Translations under genes and position numbers: made by a program
Origin: Podarcis melisellensis
Lineage: Eukaryota
DNA length: 64,000 bases
Strand: one strand, 5' to 3'
Assembly: GCA_964234715.1 (NCBI GenBank)
Contig: OZ174275.1
The notes under the pieces: model-generated
Told to the model about the DNA's origin: nothing
Databases searched by the model: none
Seen by the model: the letters and a program-made list of their open reading frames with translations, nothing else
Shown here: positions 52,201 through 64,000 of the stretch, piece after piece
Layout: each line of letters opens with the position of its first letter
Numbering within the stretch: the first letter of the stretch is position 1

Positions 52201-55200
52201 GAACTAAGATTTAACTGCCAGTCCAGTCAGCTTCTCTTCATAGAATGGAGTTGGGAAGGATGCCATGCTGCCTCAGGCACCAAAAGTCTTGGGCCAACTT
52301 TGCTTCCAACCACGTCTAACATTATTCTTTGCAAGTCAGCTACTACATCAGCTATAGGAGGAGCAAGGTAGTATTCAAAGCACCGGCATAGTGGAAGATT
52401 ACTTAGAAGTTCCTTTGTGTGCACTGTAGCTAGGTTTTCATCCAAGTGCATGTAAAAGTGTGTGTGTGTGTGTGGAGGGGAGGCCTTTATCTTCCTAAGC
52501 CAGAGAAATCATTATGAAATAATGTATTTTCTCTCCCTACACAAATATGCGGTGAAGTATAGTAATATAACACTTGCAGAAGTTTGGGCTGCAGTTTTCT
52601 CCTCTAACAAACTTCCTAATAGAAATAGCATTGGGATTCACCTCCACAACCACTTGCCTCTCAGTATCTCTGTCTTTCCATCCCCAAATAAAGTAGCTGC
52701 GATTGGCTTGTGAAATAAATGTTCTGTTTACTTGCACAGAAGTGGAAAAAAAGCAGCAGCTTTATGCCCTAATCTTGCTTTGCCTGATATTTTGGGTGCG
52801 ATAGAACCTATTTGGTAACCAGTGTGGTACCTGCAGATAATGAGGAGCCTGATTGGACTGGGAAACATCTCCATAGCATCCGCATTCAGTCATTATCTGA
52901 TCCACCACCACTAGTAATAGTCTAGCTAAATATTCTGTCTATCTGCATTTTTTCATATTCTCTGGGGATCTGCTGACCTATCCTATCTTGAAAAGTTGTT
53001 GTTGCCACAAAATGAGGTGCTTTCTTTTCTTTCTTGCTTCTTCATTATTTCATTCTGTTTTTGCTGGGGTTTCTCTCTGCGTCTCTCCTCCTCCCCCACT
53101 ACACAGGAATATTATTAAATGGAATGTTTTGTTAATCAATCTGTGCTCAAGCTGCCAGGCAAGGAGATAATACCCTGTGTAAACCATGGATGAATGACTT
53201 CCTGCCTATCTCCTCTGCTCTTCTAATTGCACATGACAACACTCAGAGGGGCCCCTGTGAATCTCTGGCACTGACAGAGCAGAGGAGACACCAGCTTCCC
53301 CTTGCTACTCTCTGTTCATTAGCATTGATGCTGCTGAGCAACCATCCCTAGGGATGAGATGGGGAGTTCTTTATTCCTTTCCTTTTCTAGGCCTCCTAAA
53401 CCAGCACAGGAGCTCCGATCTAAAAATATATCTATGATAACTAAGAAAACAGCTGGTTGACCAATACACAACAATACTTTTAAAACAAGGCCTTTCTGTA
53501 GGTATTTTCATGCCCAGCACAACAGCTCTCCTTGAGTAGTTTCATGCCCCCAGCTGATACCTCTCCATTCTTGCTGACCCCTCTGTAGCATGTACCACCA
53601 TCTGGGCCATTATATTGCATAGTCCTTTGGGATTTTAGACCTATTATTGCTTGGCTGTTTGCTTCCACTACTAGAATAGTTAACACAAGAGAAATTAGGT
53701 AATAAAAGAGTACAGAGTTTCTGTGGTTGAGATATGCCGGTATAAATAATGGTGTGTGTTCTCTTAGGCTCAAGGATTGTCTTAACCATTCCTATCCAGA
53801 CAGAGGTCTGATGGGAATAACAAGATTTTGCTTCTAATTAGATGTGTTTCAGATAGGAGAGTCAGTTGTGTTCCTTCCTGTCTTCTTGCCATAAAACACA
53901 GTCCCAAGTGTTTTGCAATTGTCTACAGCCAGAGAACAACAAAGCAGCATTTGCAGATCAAGTTAATCACCTTGAAGTCCAATGGATTGCAGTGGGAAAA
54001 TTAAGCAAACCACTTGTATTGAAATCAATGAGACTTTAAAGTCCATAATGTTTACTGGATCACACCCAACAGTTCTGGAGCAAATTGAAATGGCATAAAA
54101 GAGACGTGTTCCCTCTGGAATATGCAAATATATTTATTTTGCTCACTCTTGTGTCTGACCATATGTTTTTGCGGGATTTTCTGGTAGTCAAAATGTCTGC
54201 AAAGTCTGTAAACAGAGGCAATCATGAAGTGAACATACACTGCAGACAAGGATCCTTCCTTCAACAATTTTTTTGGGGGGAGGGATTTTGTGTCACCAGC
54301 TTCTGTTCATTTCTAGAGTTATCTCCCCATCACCACCTAAGAGACTATAGACAAGTACTAAAATTTTATGGAAAAGATTTAATTTTAAATTTGATTGTAG
54401 ACTTATCCCAGTAATGCTATGTTTATGTGTTATTATTTATTGGACCTCCTCCAGAAACCATTCTGTACGCCTAGGGTGATGAACTCCACAAAATAAACAT
54501 GCAGCAGGAAATAATTAAAGCAAATATTTCAGGAACCAGCCGCATGCTCAAGAGGTGCTTGTTCAAACTTTTCCAGGTATGTCAGCAAATAATTATTTCC
54601 AACCAGAAATGAACCAGGAGTATTTCTTTCAAAATGAGCTGGTATTTGTAATGAGTCAGGCTGACTGCTTCTAAGACAGGAAAAGGAAGAAGACAGTGAC
54701 CCTATGTATTAGTTATAAAATGGGAGCTTTCCATATTGCTTGTTATAATCCAAGGGGGTTTTGTGAGAAGAATCATCACAGTGATACATTTGTTAAATAC
54801 ACGGTGCTAAATTCAGACTTCCTTTGCCTTTTGAGATTCAGCTTGTGTGCTCTCCTAGAGGCTCTTCAAAAGAACCGAAGATACAGCAGCAGGCTTTCTA
54901 TGCCCATGGGACACAAGCAAAAAAAAGGGAGCACCCCTTGTCTGCCTGGTTTAGTATAGGACTTGCTTGAGCAAATGGCTTTGTGCCCAGCTTTCTTGGA
55001 ACTATCAGTTGAGCAGCAGGGTTGCCAAAATGATGCACAATAACAAGCTCCAATCTACATAACACCTGGCCTATACAAACCAGGTCATTATGAATTTGAT
55101 CCAAGCTGTCATTCACGTTGCTTTGTTATTCCCATACAGGTTTGCACTACTCATCCATGAAAGGGAATCGTCTTTTAGCATTTCCATTCTCACTTCCAGG

Positions 55201-55587
55201 TGCCATCCTCCTTTACCTGAGCATCACATAGGAGGACTTGCAAGATCCATTTAAGCAACAGGGACAGCGATGAAAAGAAGAAGCATCTGAATGCTAGATG
55301 AGGCAGGAGGATAGCTGGAGGAATCCTGTGGGTTCAAACTCCTGCTTCTCACTGCTTGCACCAGGTTAGACATTCCTTTTTCTTTCACTGATACTCTGCT
55401 TTGCAATTCTAATCCCCCAAATGCCTTTGATGAACTTTGGAAGGAATGCGCATCTTAAATATTTACTCAAGGAGTATATCTTTAAAATACAGTAGATCAG
55501 TAGATTATATAGCATAGAACAGGAAGATGCAATAACAGTATGTGGTCCATCAAGCTCCTCCCCGTCCCCCAAATCCATACAGATTCT

Positions 55588-55605
55588 CACTGCCATCTTG
55601 TGGCA
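55588..55605 (-). promoter_or_regulatory. CTCF-like motif
   Basis: Minus strand tgCCACAAGATGGCAGtg fits the CTCF core CCASNAGRKGGCRS. Confidence 0.35.
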
Positions 55606-55739
55606 TCCAATCTGCACAACAACCATTCCATATAAACTCTTTTCCTGGGTGAAAAGAGTTTGCTGGGTTTTCCTGATGCACACAACAGGTTTTTATGTTG
55701 CATAGGCATTGTGTACAAAAAATGGAAATTTGTTAAACT

Positions 55740-56400
55740 TGTCTGCCTATTCAGATGGCTCAGTTTAGGTAAACATGGTGGACGTTTTGTGTAGGGAGTC
55801 ACCTACCACCACCACCACATGTGTCTTTCTCCTCTGGGCAGTGGCAGGAATAGATAGTTCTATACAATGTACCTTCCACATCCACCTCAATGTATTCTGA
55901 GATCTGCAACTGCTGTTCTTGCTCTTCTGGCCCAAAATCGGTGTCTGAGGTGAGGCATGGAATCGATTTTGCAGCTGCAGTGACACAACATTACTTCTGA
56001 CAGTCCTGCTTCTGAGTGTCATGTTCCTCCAGGGGTTCGTCTTCTGCAGTGGGCAATCTCCCTTTCCTTAGGGGCACCCCACCTGTGTTGTTGTTCCAGG
56101 GCAGTCCATTCTGCTGTATTTAGAACTTCCTTCTCTTGCCCAGTAGCTCAAAGTGTGTACAGGCGGGCCTCAAGTTACTGTACCTTCTCTTCTACTTGCT
56201 GCAGGTGTAGTTTTGCACATTCTCAGGCAGGAAGGCAAATGTGGCACAAGTGCTGGAGGTCACTTGCCATCCATGTTTCTTGGTTCTATGTACGCTGTGA
56301 GACAGCACTCTTGGCCTCCCCTTCAAAATGCTGTCACAAAGGCTCCTGTTTACAAGTCTGGTCACAAGCTCCCAGAGGCTGCAATCAGCTAAATAGAACT
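55740..56400 (-). mobile_element. Degenerate CR1 LINE ORF1 fragment (zinc-finger/coiled-coil to start of GDSL esterase)
   Basis: Minus-strand segments read VTSSTCATFAFLPENVQNYTCSK, EEKVQ*LEARLYTL, PWRNMTLRSR...LQLQNRF and RRKTHVVVVVGDSL, in the motif order known for CR1 ORF1. Confidence 0.7.
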
Positions 56401-57717
56401 GATAAGCTTCATCAGATAAGCTTTGGTTGGCAAGAAGTCACAAACTTTGGCCTGGCAAATTCTTGCCAGAAGTTATTCCAGTAACATGTGGTAACTTTAC
56501 CTGTTTGCCGTCTGATCCCTAAACCTGTTAGTTCAGTTTAAAGGAATGAAATCTCAAGCAGGCATGCTTTAGGACAGCACACTACCTGGGTTGAATCCAG
56601 GAATCTTGTGAGTGAAGTTGTGCTCATGGAAACTCCTAGCCTTGGAAGGAGAGGGGAGGAAGTCATCAGCAAGTTGCCACTCAGAACTTGCTGAGAGATA
56701 GAGGACTTATGGAGAAATGGTATGGGAATCTGCAGTGGAAAGCAGTCATTGGTAAAAATGTCCTTTCCTCTCTCTGCCAGTAACAGTCTCTGTGCGATTA
56801 CGAGGCTTTTGGCAAATGGAAGGAGCTCTTCCATTCATGAAAGGTATCCTCTGAATCCCAGCCAAGGCACTATTTGGGTTCAATTGCGGCTCCTGGGGGC
56901 TGCAGCTGTTCACATTTTTAGACCTTTTCACTTTGTTCTTGCCTCGTTTTTTGTGCATAGTTGACACTCAGGTCATTCACTCTACTTGGAGAATCTGAAA
57001 GTGCAATGTAGTTTGAAGTCTACAGTGGGCTAGAAGCAGGAGGGGAACACCTATTAGCCTAGATTTGGCTTTAGAGAAGTGACAGCCTTGGAGATTTCTG
57101 TGTTGCTACAGTTTTACAAGAGCTTGTGTGCTAATCCCTTCAGGACTGCAGCATTTATCACCTACCACATAGGTGTTAAGCACTGCTTTCTAGGGGAATT
57201 AGTGCTTCCTCTTTCGGCTGCTTTTCCACTGAAAAATAAGCAAGGAAAAATGATGGCCCACAGAAGGAAAGCTAGGGAATAATCTTTTGTCTTTTTGTTT
57301 GTAGATTCTTCTTCTGGAAGACATAGCTCACCGGGGTTTAATGTCACTTCTAGCTGGTAAGCTCAAAGAAAGAGTCATTCTTCAGAGGTATTGCTGCCAC
57401 TTCAGAATGTGAATGAAAGTAGGTCCCTTTCCTCTTCCTGGGTAAACAGACTGTTTCCAAAAGAGGGCATATCATGATCAACAAAGCTTTGTTTATAAAA
57501 TGGTGGTTGTCCTGCTCTATCTGGGGTTGCCCCCTCCCAAAATCCTAGCTCCAGCTTTGTCACTTGTGGTTTAGGAGGCCTGCTTCATAAGGTGTGCCTC
57601 TCATCAGCTTAGACTGCTGCACCAGCTGTGACTTCTCCAGAGGTGGCCTGGCTACTAACTTCTGAATTCACTGCTGTCTTTGAAGACAGTAATGTAGGAA
57701 ATGGGGCAGGAGCCAGT

Positions 57718-57937
57718 CATTGGCGGAGGAACGGGAGTGCAGAGGGAGCGGTCTGCCCCCGGCACCCTATTCCAGTAGGGTGCCATCGCAGCGGCCCCCC
57801 CTGGACTACGGGTGGTGCGCCATGCCCTCGCGGGCGCCATACCACACCCCCAGGATGTACGCCATGCCCCAAGAGGGCGCCAGCCACCCCCCGCCTGCTC
57901 ACTGCCCCCAGTAGCGGAGCATGCAGCTTCGCCACTG
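57718..57937. mobile_element. GC/CpG-rich hAT-like MITE
   Basis: Ends cattggcggag / cttcgccactg; weak TSD gagccagt / gagcaggc; abrupt GC shift relative to the flanks. Confidence 0.6.
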
Positions 57938-58399
57938 GAGCAGGCACCCATTAACTAGTATTTACAAATACAGCACATCATAACAGATTTATTAAGATTA
58001 TTTGCTGTACTAAGAAAGCAATCCAATGGTACAGTCTGCCAGGATGAGCAGTTTAAGATGCAACAGATCTTCCAAGAGACACCAATGTCACTTGCTCATC
58101 CCAGTTTAGTGAGAGCTCAAGCAGTGTATGTCCCCCAACCAGGGTATACTGGAAGTGGGATGTGGCAGGGAACAAGAGAGGCAGGACTTGGGCTAGATTT
58201 TAATCCTGTTCAGCTCAGTCATATGACCTGGCAACCAAGCGTACAACGCTGTTTTAAATGCTTGCTTTTCTTCTGCTGGGCTTTGGGTTTGGTGGGCTGC
58301 TGCTGCTGTATGGCATTTGTATCTCATGTAACTTTATGCCAGCTTCTTGTACATAGGAGTGTGTTCCCTCAGAAAAGCATAAGATCTGAAGTATTAATT

Positions 58400-58790
58400 T
58401 CAAAAAGTGACAGGTCCAAAGTAAATTTAGGAGAAATCTATAAAATAATTACAGAACTGGAATCATCACAACAAATCTATTGATCAAAATGGGATGCAGA
58501 TATGTCTAGCAACATATCTCAGTGAAATATGGACATAGATCTGGGAAAAAATGTTTTCAAACTTTGTAGGATCTTAAAGTAAAATTTCTGTAAAATCATG
58601 ACTTGTTGGTATCTGACTCCAGCTAGACTGACTAAAATATATCCAACAATAAATGATCAATGCTCAAGATTCAGAAAAGTCCAAACACAAACATTTATTA
58701 CATAATTTCAGAATGGCCAAGTTTTAAAATTATTTTGGGAGTCAGTATCAAGAGAAATAAATAATTTCCTAGGTCAATATCTTCCAATAG
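58400..58790 (+). mobile_element. Degenerate L1-clade LINE ORF2 C-terminal region
   Basis: Frameshifted translation LGEIYKII...SKWDADMS...IWEK...FCKIMTCWYLTPARLTKIYPTINDQC...LFWESVSREINNFLG resembles the WYLTP.RL..C..FW block of non-mammalian L1 ORF2. Confidence 0.7.
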
Positions 58791-59962
58791 TAGTATACTT
58801 TAAAATATCTCTTAAGAGTCTTGTTCCACCCCACCCTCCTTTGTGGAGATCCCATTGGAGAGAAGGGAAAAGCAAAGCAGCAATAACAAAAACCCCCAAA
58901 GAGCTTTACAAACAGATCCTTCTGCAGTGCTAAGAAATGGAGATGCTGCAGTCCAACTGTTCCTGGTGCTCAGCGGATGTGTTGATTCATTGCCCCAAGT
59001 CAATCTCTGCTACCCCAAATACAGATAAAGAAGCTGAACACCAAAACACATTGCAAAGCGATCACCCTAATCAATCCAAGCCCACTCCTATGGTGCCCAC
59101 AATTTACATGGAATAGCTTCATTTAGGTGCACCCTTAGCCACACTTGCTTGGAAATAAATAGTGACTGGATTTCACTTGTGTATAAACTTGCATATCAAA
59201 AGGGTATAAATGTGAAGTGGCTTTTCAAAAGAAAGATGTTGTCGCTGCCTGTAGTAGGACAGGCATAGGAATAAAGGAAGCCTTTAAACCAAGTCAGACA
59301 ATTGGTCCATCTAGATTGTCAGACTGGTAAGAGCTTTCCAAGCCTCTTTCCCAGCCTCCCACCCAGAGGTGATGACAATAGAATATTGCACCTTTTGCAT
59401 GTAAACCATGAGCTCTACCACTGACTTACCACCCCTTCCTTTAATATGTTGCACACTGCAGCTTAGTTTCATCTTGCCTGGCATCTCTAGTTACAAAAAA
59501 ACACATACCCCAAGTTAGGTAGTAGGCAATGTGAAAACCTTCTTCCTGAAATACTGGAATGTTGCTGCTGCTGCTAGTCCTTGTAGTCGCTACTGGTGTG
59601 GATAAACAAACAAACAGACTGGCCTTGAATAAGGCAGCTTCTGATGTTCTTAATAGCAGCTTAATCTGCAGCTGGTGAAGTTTCTAAAACCATAAATATC
59701 TGCTCTACCCAGTCTTCGTTCATAAAAGAGATCACTAGAGGCTTATTTACTGATTTTATATTATTTAACAAAACATTTATACCAACAGCTGGAATTTTAA
59801 AAAAATCAAGCCGTTATTATTCCCCCCCCTCAATATTTGGGTTAGTTACAATTATGAAGCTGGCCCATAATGCAGCTCTCCACAGCAAGCCACCCCTTTG
59901 CCTCAGATGCTTTGAGCTATAGCTATCTCTTTGCCTCTTTGTTCTTTTCTCCAAACTAGTTT

Positions 59963-60163
59963 CTTAAGAACATATAAATCTGCCTTATGTTGAGTCAGAT
60001 CCTTGTTCCATATAGCTCAATATTGTCTACACTGACAGGCAGTAGTTTTCTATGAGATTTTGGGTGGGTTCTCACCCAGCCGTACCTCAAGATGCTGGGG
60101 ATTAAATTAGGGACCTTCTGTTTGCAAATAAGGTGCTTTACTAGTTAGCTACAGCCCTTATCC
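59963..60163 (-). mobile_element. tRNA-headed squamate SINE (degenerate); relatives at about 22110-22220(+), 41955-42120(-) and 59265-59440(-)
   Basis: Minus strand agggctgtagctaactagtaaagcacc..tttgcaaacagaaggtccc...ccccagcatc...gtcagtgtagacaatattgagct...tctgactcaacataaggcag is shared among the listed copies. Confidence 0.7.
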
Positions 60164-60224
60164 ATGCACAGACCATTAAATTCTAGGAACAGCAGCTAGT
60201 GAGGATGGGTGAGAAAGGATGAGT

Positions 60225-60459
60225 CAGGGGTCAGCAAGCTTTTTCAGCAGGGGGCCAGTCTACTGTCCCTCAGACCTTGTGGGGGGCCGGACTATATTTT
60301 GAAAAAAAAAAAAGAATGAATATCTATGCCCCACAAATAACCCAGAGATGCATTTTAAATACTCATGTAAAAACATGCTGATTCCTGGACTGTCCGTGGG
60401 CCAGATTTAGAAGGCGATTGGGCCGGATCCAGCCCCGGGCCTTAGTTTGCCTACCTATG
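60225..60459. mobile_element. hAT (Charlie-like) MITE
   Basis: Ends caggggtcagcaagct / agtttgcctacctatg, with subterminal gggcc motifs. No clear TSD. Confidence 0.7.
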
Positions 60460-60899
60460 TTCAAAAGGGTTTCACATTTCAGCAATTATCTCTGTAAGGT
60501 CCTCCAACCTTTGCTGCTACAGAGGAAACATGAACAGCCATCCTAGTAATTTGCTTAACAAGAGATAATAGACAGCGGCATTCATCATAACTCTATTGTC
60601 ACCTTCTGATGTCTACACATCAACCTGCCATTAAAGCTGCAGGGGCAGTTCAAAAGTTGACAGTCCCTTTTGGATGATTCACACTGAAAGGGACAGTGAT
60701 CACCAAACTACCCTCCTTGCCCTTTCCACCCCGACAACTTCAGAGGCAAATGTGACAGTAGCCTCCATAAACTGTTGTACATCCACTGTCAACAAAGCTC
60801 TTTCTACATTATTTAACAAACCGCAAAATAATCCATGAAAGATAAATTGGTTTCCTTCTTAGGAAAAAAAGAACGAAAAAAGAACAACCACATCTTTAC

Positions 60900-60921
60900 C
60901 TTGTAGACACCAATTAACAAT
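60900..60921 (-). other. Candidate 22-nt microexon of an unidentified minus-strand gene
   Basis: Minus strand: tttttccttctccacttttgaatcttacag|ATTGTTAATTGGTGTCTACAAG|gtaaag, i.e. long pyrimidine tract, CAG acceptor, AAG|GTAAAG donor. Confidence 0.4.
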
Positions 60922-61573
60922 CTGTAAGATTCAAAAGTGGAGAAGGAAAAATTGCTTGCTTCATTGACTTCAAAAACAAAAAGTGTTTTGACTCCATCTG
61001 GAACACAATAATCATAAATTACTACAAAGTGGAACCTGAGGGGAAAACATGACTTCTTCAAAATCAAAGTACAAAACAAGGCAAACAATGGGAAAGCAGA
61101 AAATATTTTTTAAAAGCAGGGTGGGGGGAAGCCAACAGAATTCTTCAAAGGAAGAGAGTAATGTATAAAATTCAAACCATATTCAACTTGATATATCAGT
61201 GACTTACTTATCTTAATAACTGAATACCTGAGACCTGAACATTCTCCAAGTAGGGTTCTCAACCGTTCAGAATAAAACAAAACAGACAAACAAAAATACA
61301 GTCTTGTCTTTCAACAGCAACATAATCTGTGCAAATCGGCAGGCATGCTTAAATTTAGGGGGAGCCACCCGAGTGTGTGTATGTGCTTGGTTTCGGGAGG
61401 GTGTCTGTCATGAATAATCTACTTGAGTGTTCTCTTAACAGCTGGAACAAAAAGTACAAAACAGTTCATTTTCAGGTGTAAAGCTGGTGATACTGGTCAT
61501 CACGTGGCCATCGCTGTATTAATTATTGCTTTTGTTTTTAATTTAATGGGGGGAGGGATGCACAACACCAGTG

Positions 61574-61878
61574 CCCATTCAGTGAGTGACATGCATGTGA
61601 GAGGCTGTGACCAGATCCATGCACTGACATACGACATGGATAAATCATCCAAGAAAATCATGCATCAAAGTTGTGAAAAAGGGAAAAGCCATAAAAAGCA
61701 AGGTATTGAAAAGCTGAAAACTTTTGTGTACTTTGTGTTGTTTTTAATGGCTACTGTTGCCTGTTTCACAACTTTAATGCATTATCTTCTTGGATGCTTT
61801 ATCTGTGTTATATAGGACATTAAATCTGTATGCATGGATCTGGTCACAGTCTTCCGCAAGCATCTACTGGAATATGGG
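61574..61878. repeat. About 300-bp imperfect inverted repeat (fold-back)
   Basis: Perfect 19-bp pair 61605-61623 / 61831-61849, plus further collinear complementary blocks. Confidence 0.85.
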
Positions 61879-62008
61879 AGTTGATTGCTCCTAATGTTCT
61901 TGTGTACACAGGGTGTTTGAGCAGAAAGGGACTTGAAAGAGTTTCAGCCAAATGTGCTTACAAAGTCTCCTTGTGATCAGGACTCCAATAATGCTGGATG
62001 TGCTTATA

Positions 62009-62204
62009 AGCCAGGGTAGCTCAGTTGGTTAGAGCATGGTGCTGATAACACCAAGGTTGCAGGTTTGATCCCCATATGAGACAGCTGCATATTCCTGCAT
62101 TGCAGGTTGCAGGTTTGATCCCCATATGAGACAGCTGCATATTCCTGCATTGCAGGGGTTTAAACTAGATGATCTTCAGGGTTCCTTCCAGCTCTATGAT
62201 TCTA
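62009..62204 (+). mobile_element. tRNA-Ile-derived SINE with CR1-type 3' tail and an internal 50-bp tandem duplication
   Basis: Head gtagctcagttggttagagcatggtgctgataacaccaaggttgcaggtttgatcccc closely follows vertebrate tRNA-Ile; tail ctgcattgcagggg...ctagatgatc...ccttccagctctatgattcta. Confidence 0.85.
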
Positions 62205-64000
62205 AGCCTCCTTTATTGGCCTGGAGAGGCACCCCCACTCCTCTTTCCCGATTTTAACCCTCATGCGTTTGTTTTGCATGAATATGGCTAGGCGTACTTG
62301 GTGGTGGGTAATAACACTCTTTAACCTGTGTAGTGTTGACACACTCAGTTATGACATCATTCACGCAACTAGTTTATCTTCCTGAATATGATACATAAAT
62401 CATCTGCTGTCCCTTAAACAGGATCACTATGGAAAGCGACTGATCTAGTTGATTGTACACCCATGGTATTGTCAGAACACATAGTTTCTTAGTTTTTAGC
62501 ACTCTTAAGCAAGACCTTTTCTTATTCTTAAGACATGACCTTAATTCTCAGTAACAAGAGGTAGGCCTTTTGCAAAGGTTCCTTATCTCAAGGCAGGTTA
62601 TTTGTCTTCCTTTTTGCTTAACCAAACAGCCAAGACAGTGAGAATCTCTTGCTGTGTGTTCTACAGCTTCCCTCCTTTAGAATGCCTCCTAAGGCAGACA
62701 ATCAGTCAACCCTTCCCTTCAGAGCACACCAAGACACTTCTGCCATTAGTACTTCTGGCCAATGGACAGATGCAACTCAAGACTGCATGCAACAGCTGAG
62801 GTTAGAAATCTATAGAAGCAATGGGATAAAGATTGCCATTTCCTGCTTACAAACCGTGTGGCTTGCTATTACTGTACCTGTGTATGGGCCATTTCCTCCC
62901 CTTCCAAGATCTTAATAAACATATGCTTTTACAAAGCTCATCATCACGATGTTTTACACTGTTGTTAACCACCATTAACACTAAATTTGGAAAGAGAAGG
63001 GCTGTTATTGACTGAACTGGAAAGGTTTCATTTGTAAGAAGGCAAATTGGAGAAGTCATGTGGGCAACAAGCTTGCAGCTGTTTGGTCATTTGTGATGCT
63101 TTGGATGTGTATCTGGACATCCTTTCCAAGATTTTTCAGGGCTGCTGAAATATGTTACCTGACTACTGCTCCTACTGTCTCTTTGTTGTACAATGTGGGT
63201 ATAACTGGTTGGGTTGATCTCTGGCAAGCAACTGCAGTGGATAGTTGGGGTGCCAATTTTTCAACTGGCATATGTAGCTGTGTCTTAAACAGTGGCACAG
63301 TCTGTATAAATTAGCAGAGAAAAGGTTTTCACAAGTAGATATGGAGGTCGGCAAAGCAGGCACCTAATTGCCGGAATCAAGCTTTGGCAAAAAGCTAGAA
63401 GCAGTAGTATCAGCTGTAATTTCTTTTTGTATTCACTATAAGTGACAACAAAAGAAACAATGTCTGTTATGCAAGTTCCAGCGTTACACATAACCCCCCC
63501 ACCTAAATATAATAAGTGTGGATATCAGTAAAGAAACAGCTGCCTGTCTATCACCACACATCACCCACATAAGTATCAAGAAATTTGACATGGGGGCTGA
63601 CTGAAAAATTGCCCCCCTTAATTGCAGAAAACTTCTCTGATTCAGCGCCTCTATTAGCTACAGAGGAAAACTAATGGTACTAGGTTTATTCAGAGCTGGG
63701 AGTACACAAACAAATGAGGTGGCACAATGGACTATACCATTTCAGACACAGTTTGTACTCCTTCTAAATAGAAAAAAGCACAGCAGGAAAAGAGTTGGGT
63801 TACAACATTCTTGTATGCTATTGTGTTGTTGCTTTTATTCCAACAGGATTTTTTAAAAAACAAACAAACAAAAAACAATGGGAAGTAAAAAGTGGTACCC
63901 CTCACTTACAGTATTGCTGTGGTACAATCCATACCTCTAAGCTCTACCACTTCATTTACCCTGTTGTGTAGGTCCATCCTGAGTACAGGTGCGCCATATG

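Noticed and set aside
62009-62083. Possible tRNA-Ile(GAT) gene
   Set aside because: Acceptor and T stems are degraded, and it runs directly into a CR1-type tail, so it is a SINE head.
1-64000. CRISPR arrays, operons or prokaryotic defence systems
   Set aside because: The sequence is vertebrate genomic DNA; no regularly spaced repeat-spacer array or dense coding.

Overview
Vertebrate, repeat-rich, essentially non-coding DNA. The repeat inventory (Sauria SINEs, tRNA-headed SINEs with CR1 tails, CR1/L1 remnants, hAT and Tc1/mariner MITEs) points to a squamate, probably a lacertid lizard (inference). No intact host protein-coding gene is recognisable; the best candidate is a 22-nt minus-strand microexon at 60900-60921. 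The standout is a young Penelope-like element (PLE) remnant at 18141-19912, inserted at a (TA)n tract inside an older CR1 LINE. It has two 778-bp inverted arms with one mismatch found by eye, around a 62-bp spacer, followed by a perfect 240-bp palindrome. It encodes the C-terminal half of a GIY-YIG endonuclease and carries three copies of a minimal hammerhead ribozyme motif with a loop-less palindromic stem III. Two of these motifs lie on the minus strand 1630 nt apart and bracket the long hairpin. Also seen: SINEs with different tRNA heads on one CR1 tail, an isolated CR1 ORF1 fragment, nested transposons, several fold-backs and CTCF-like motifs. All family assignments come from recognition by eye, not from database searches.
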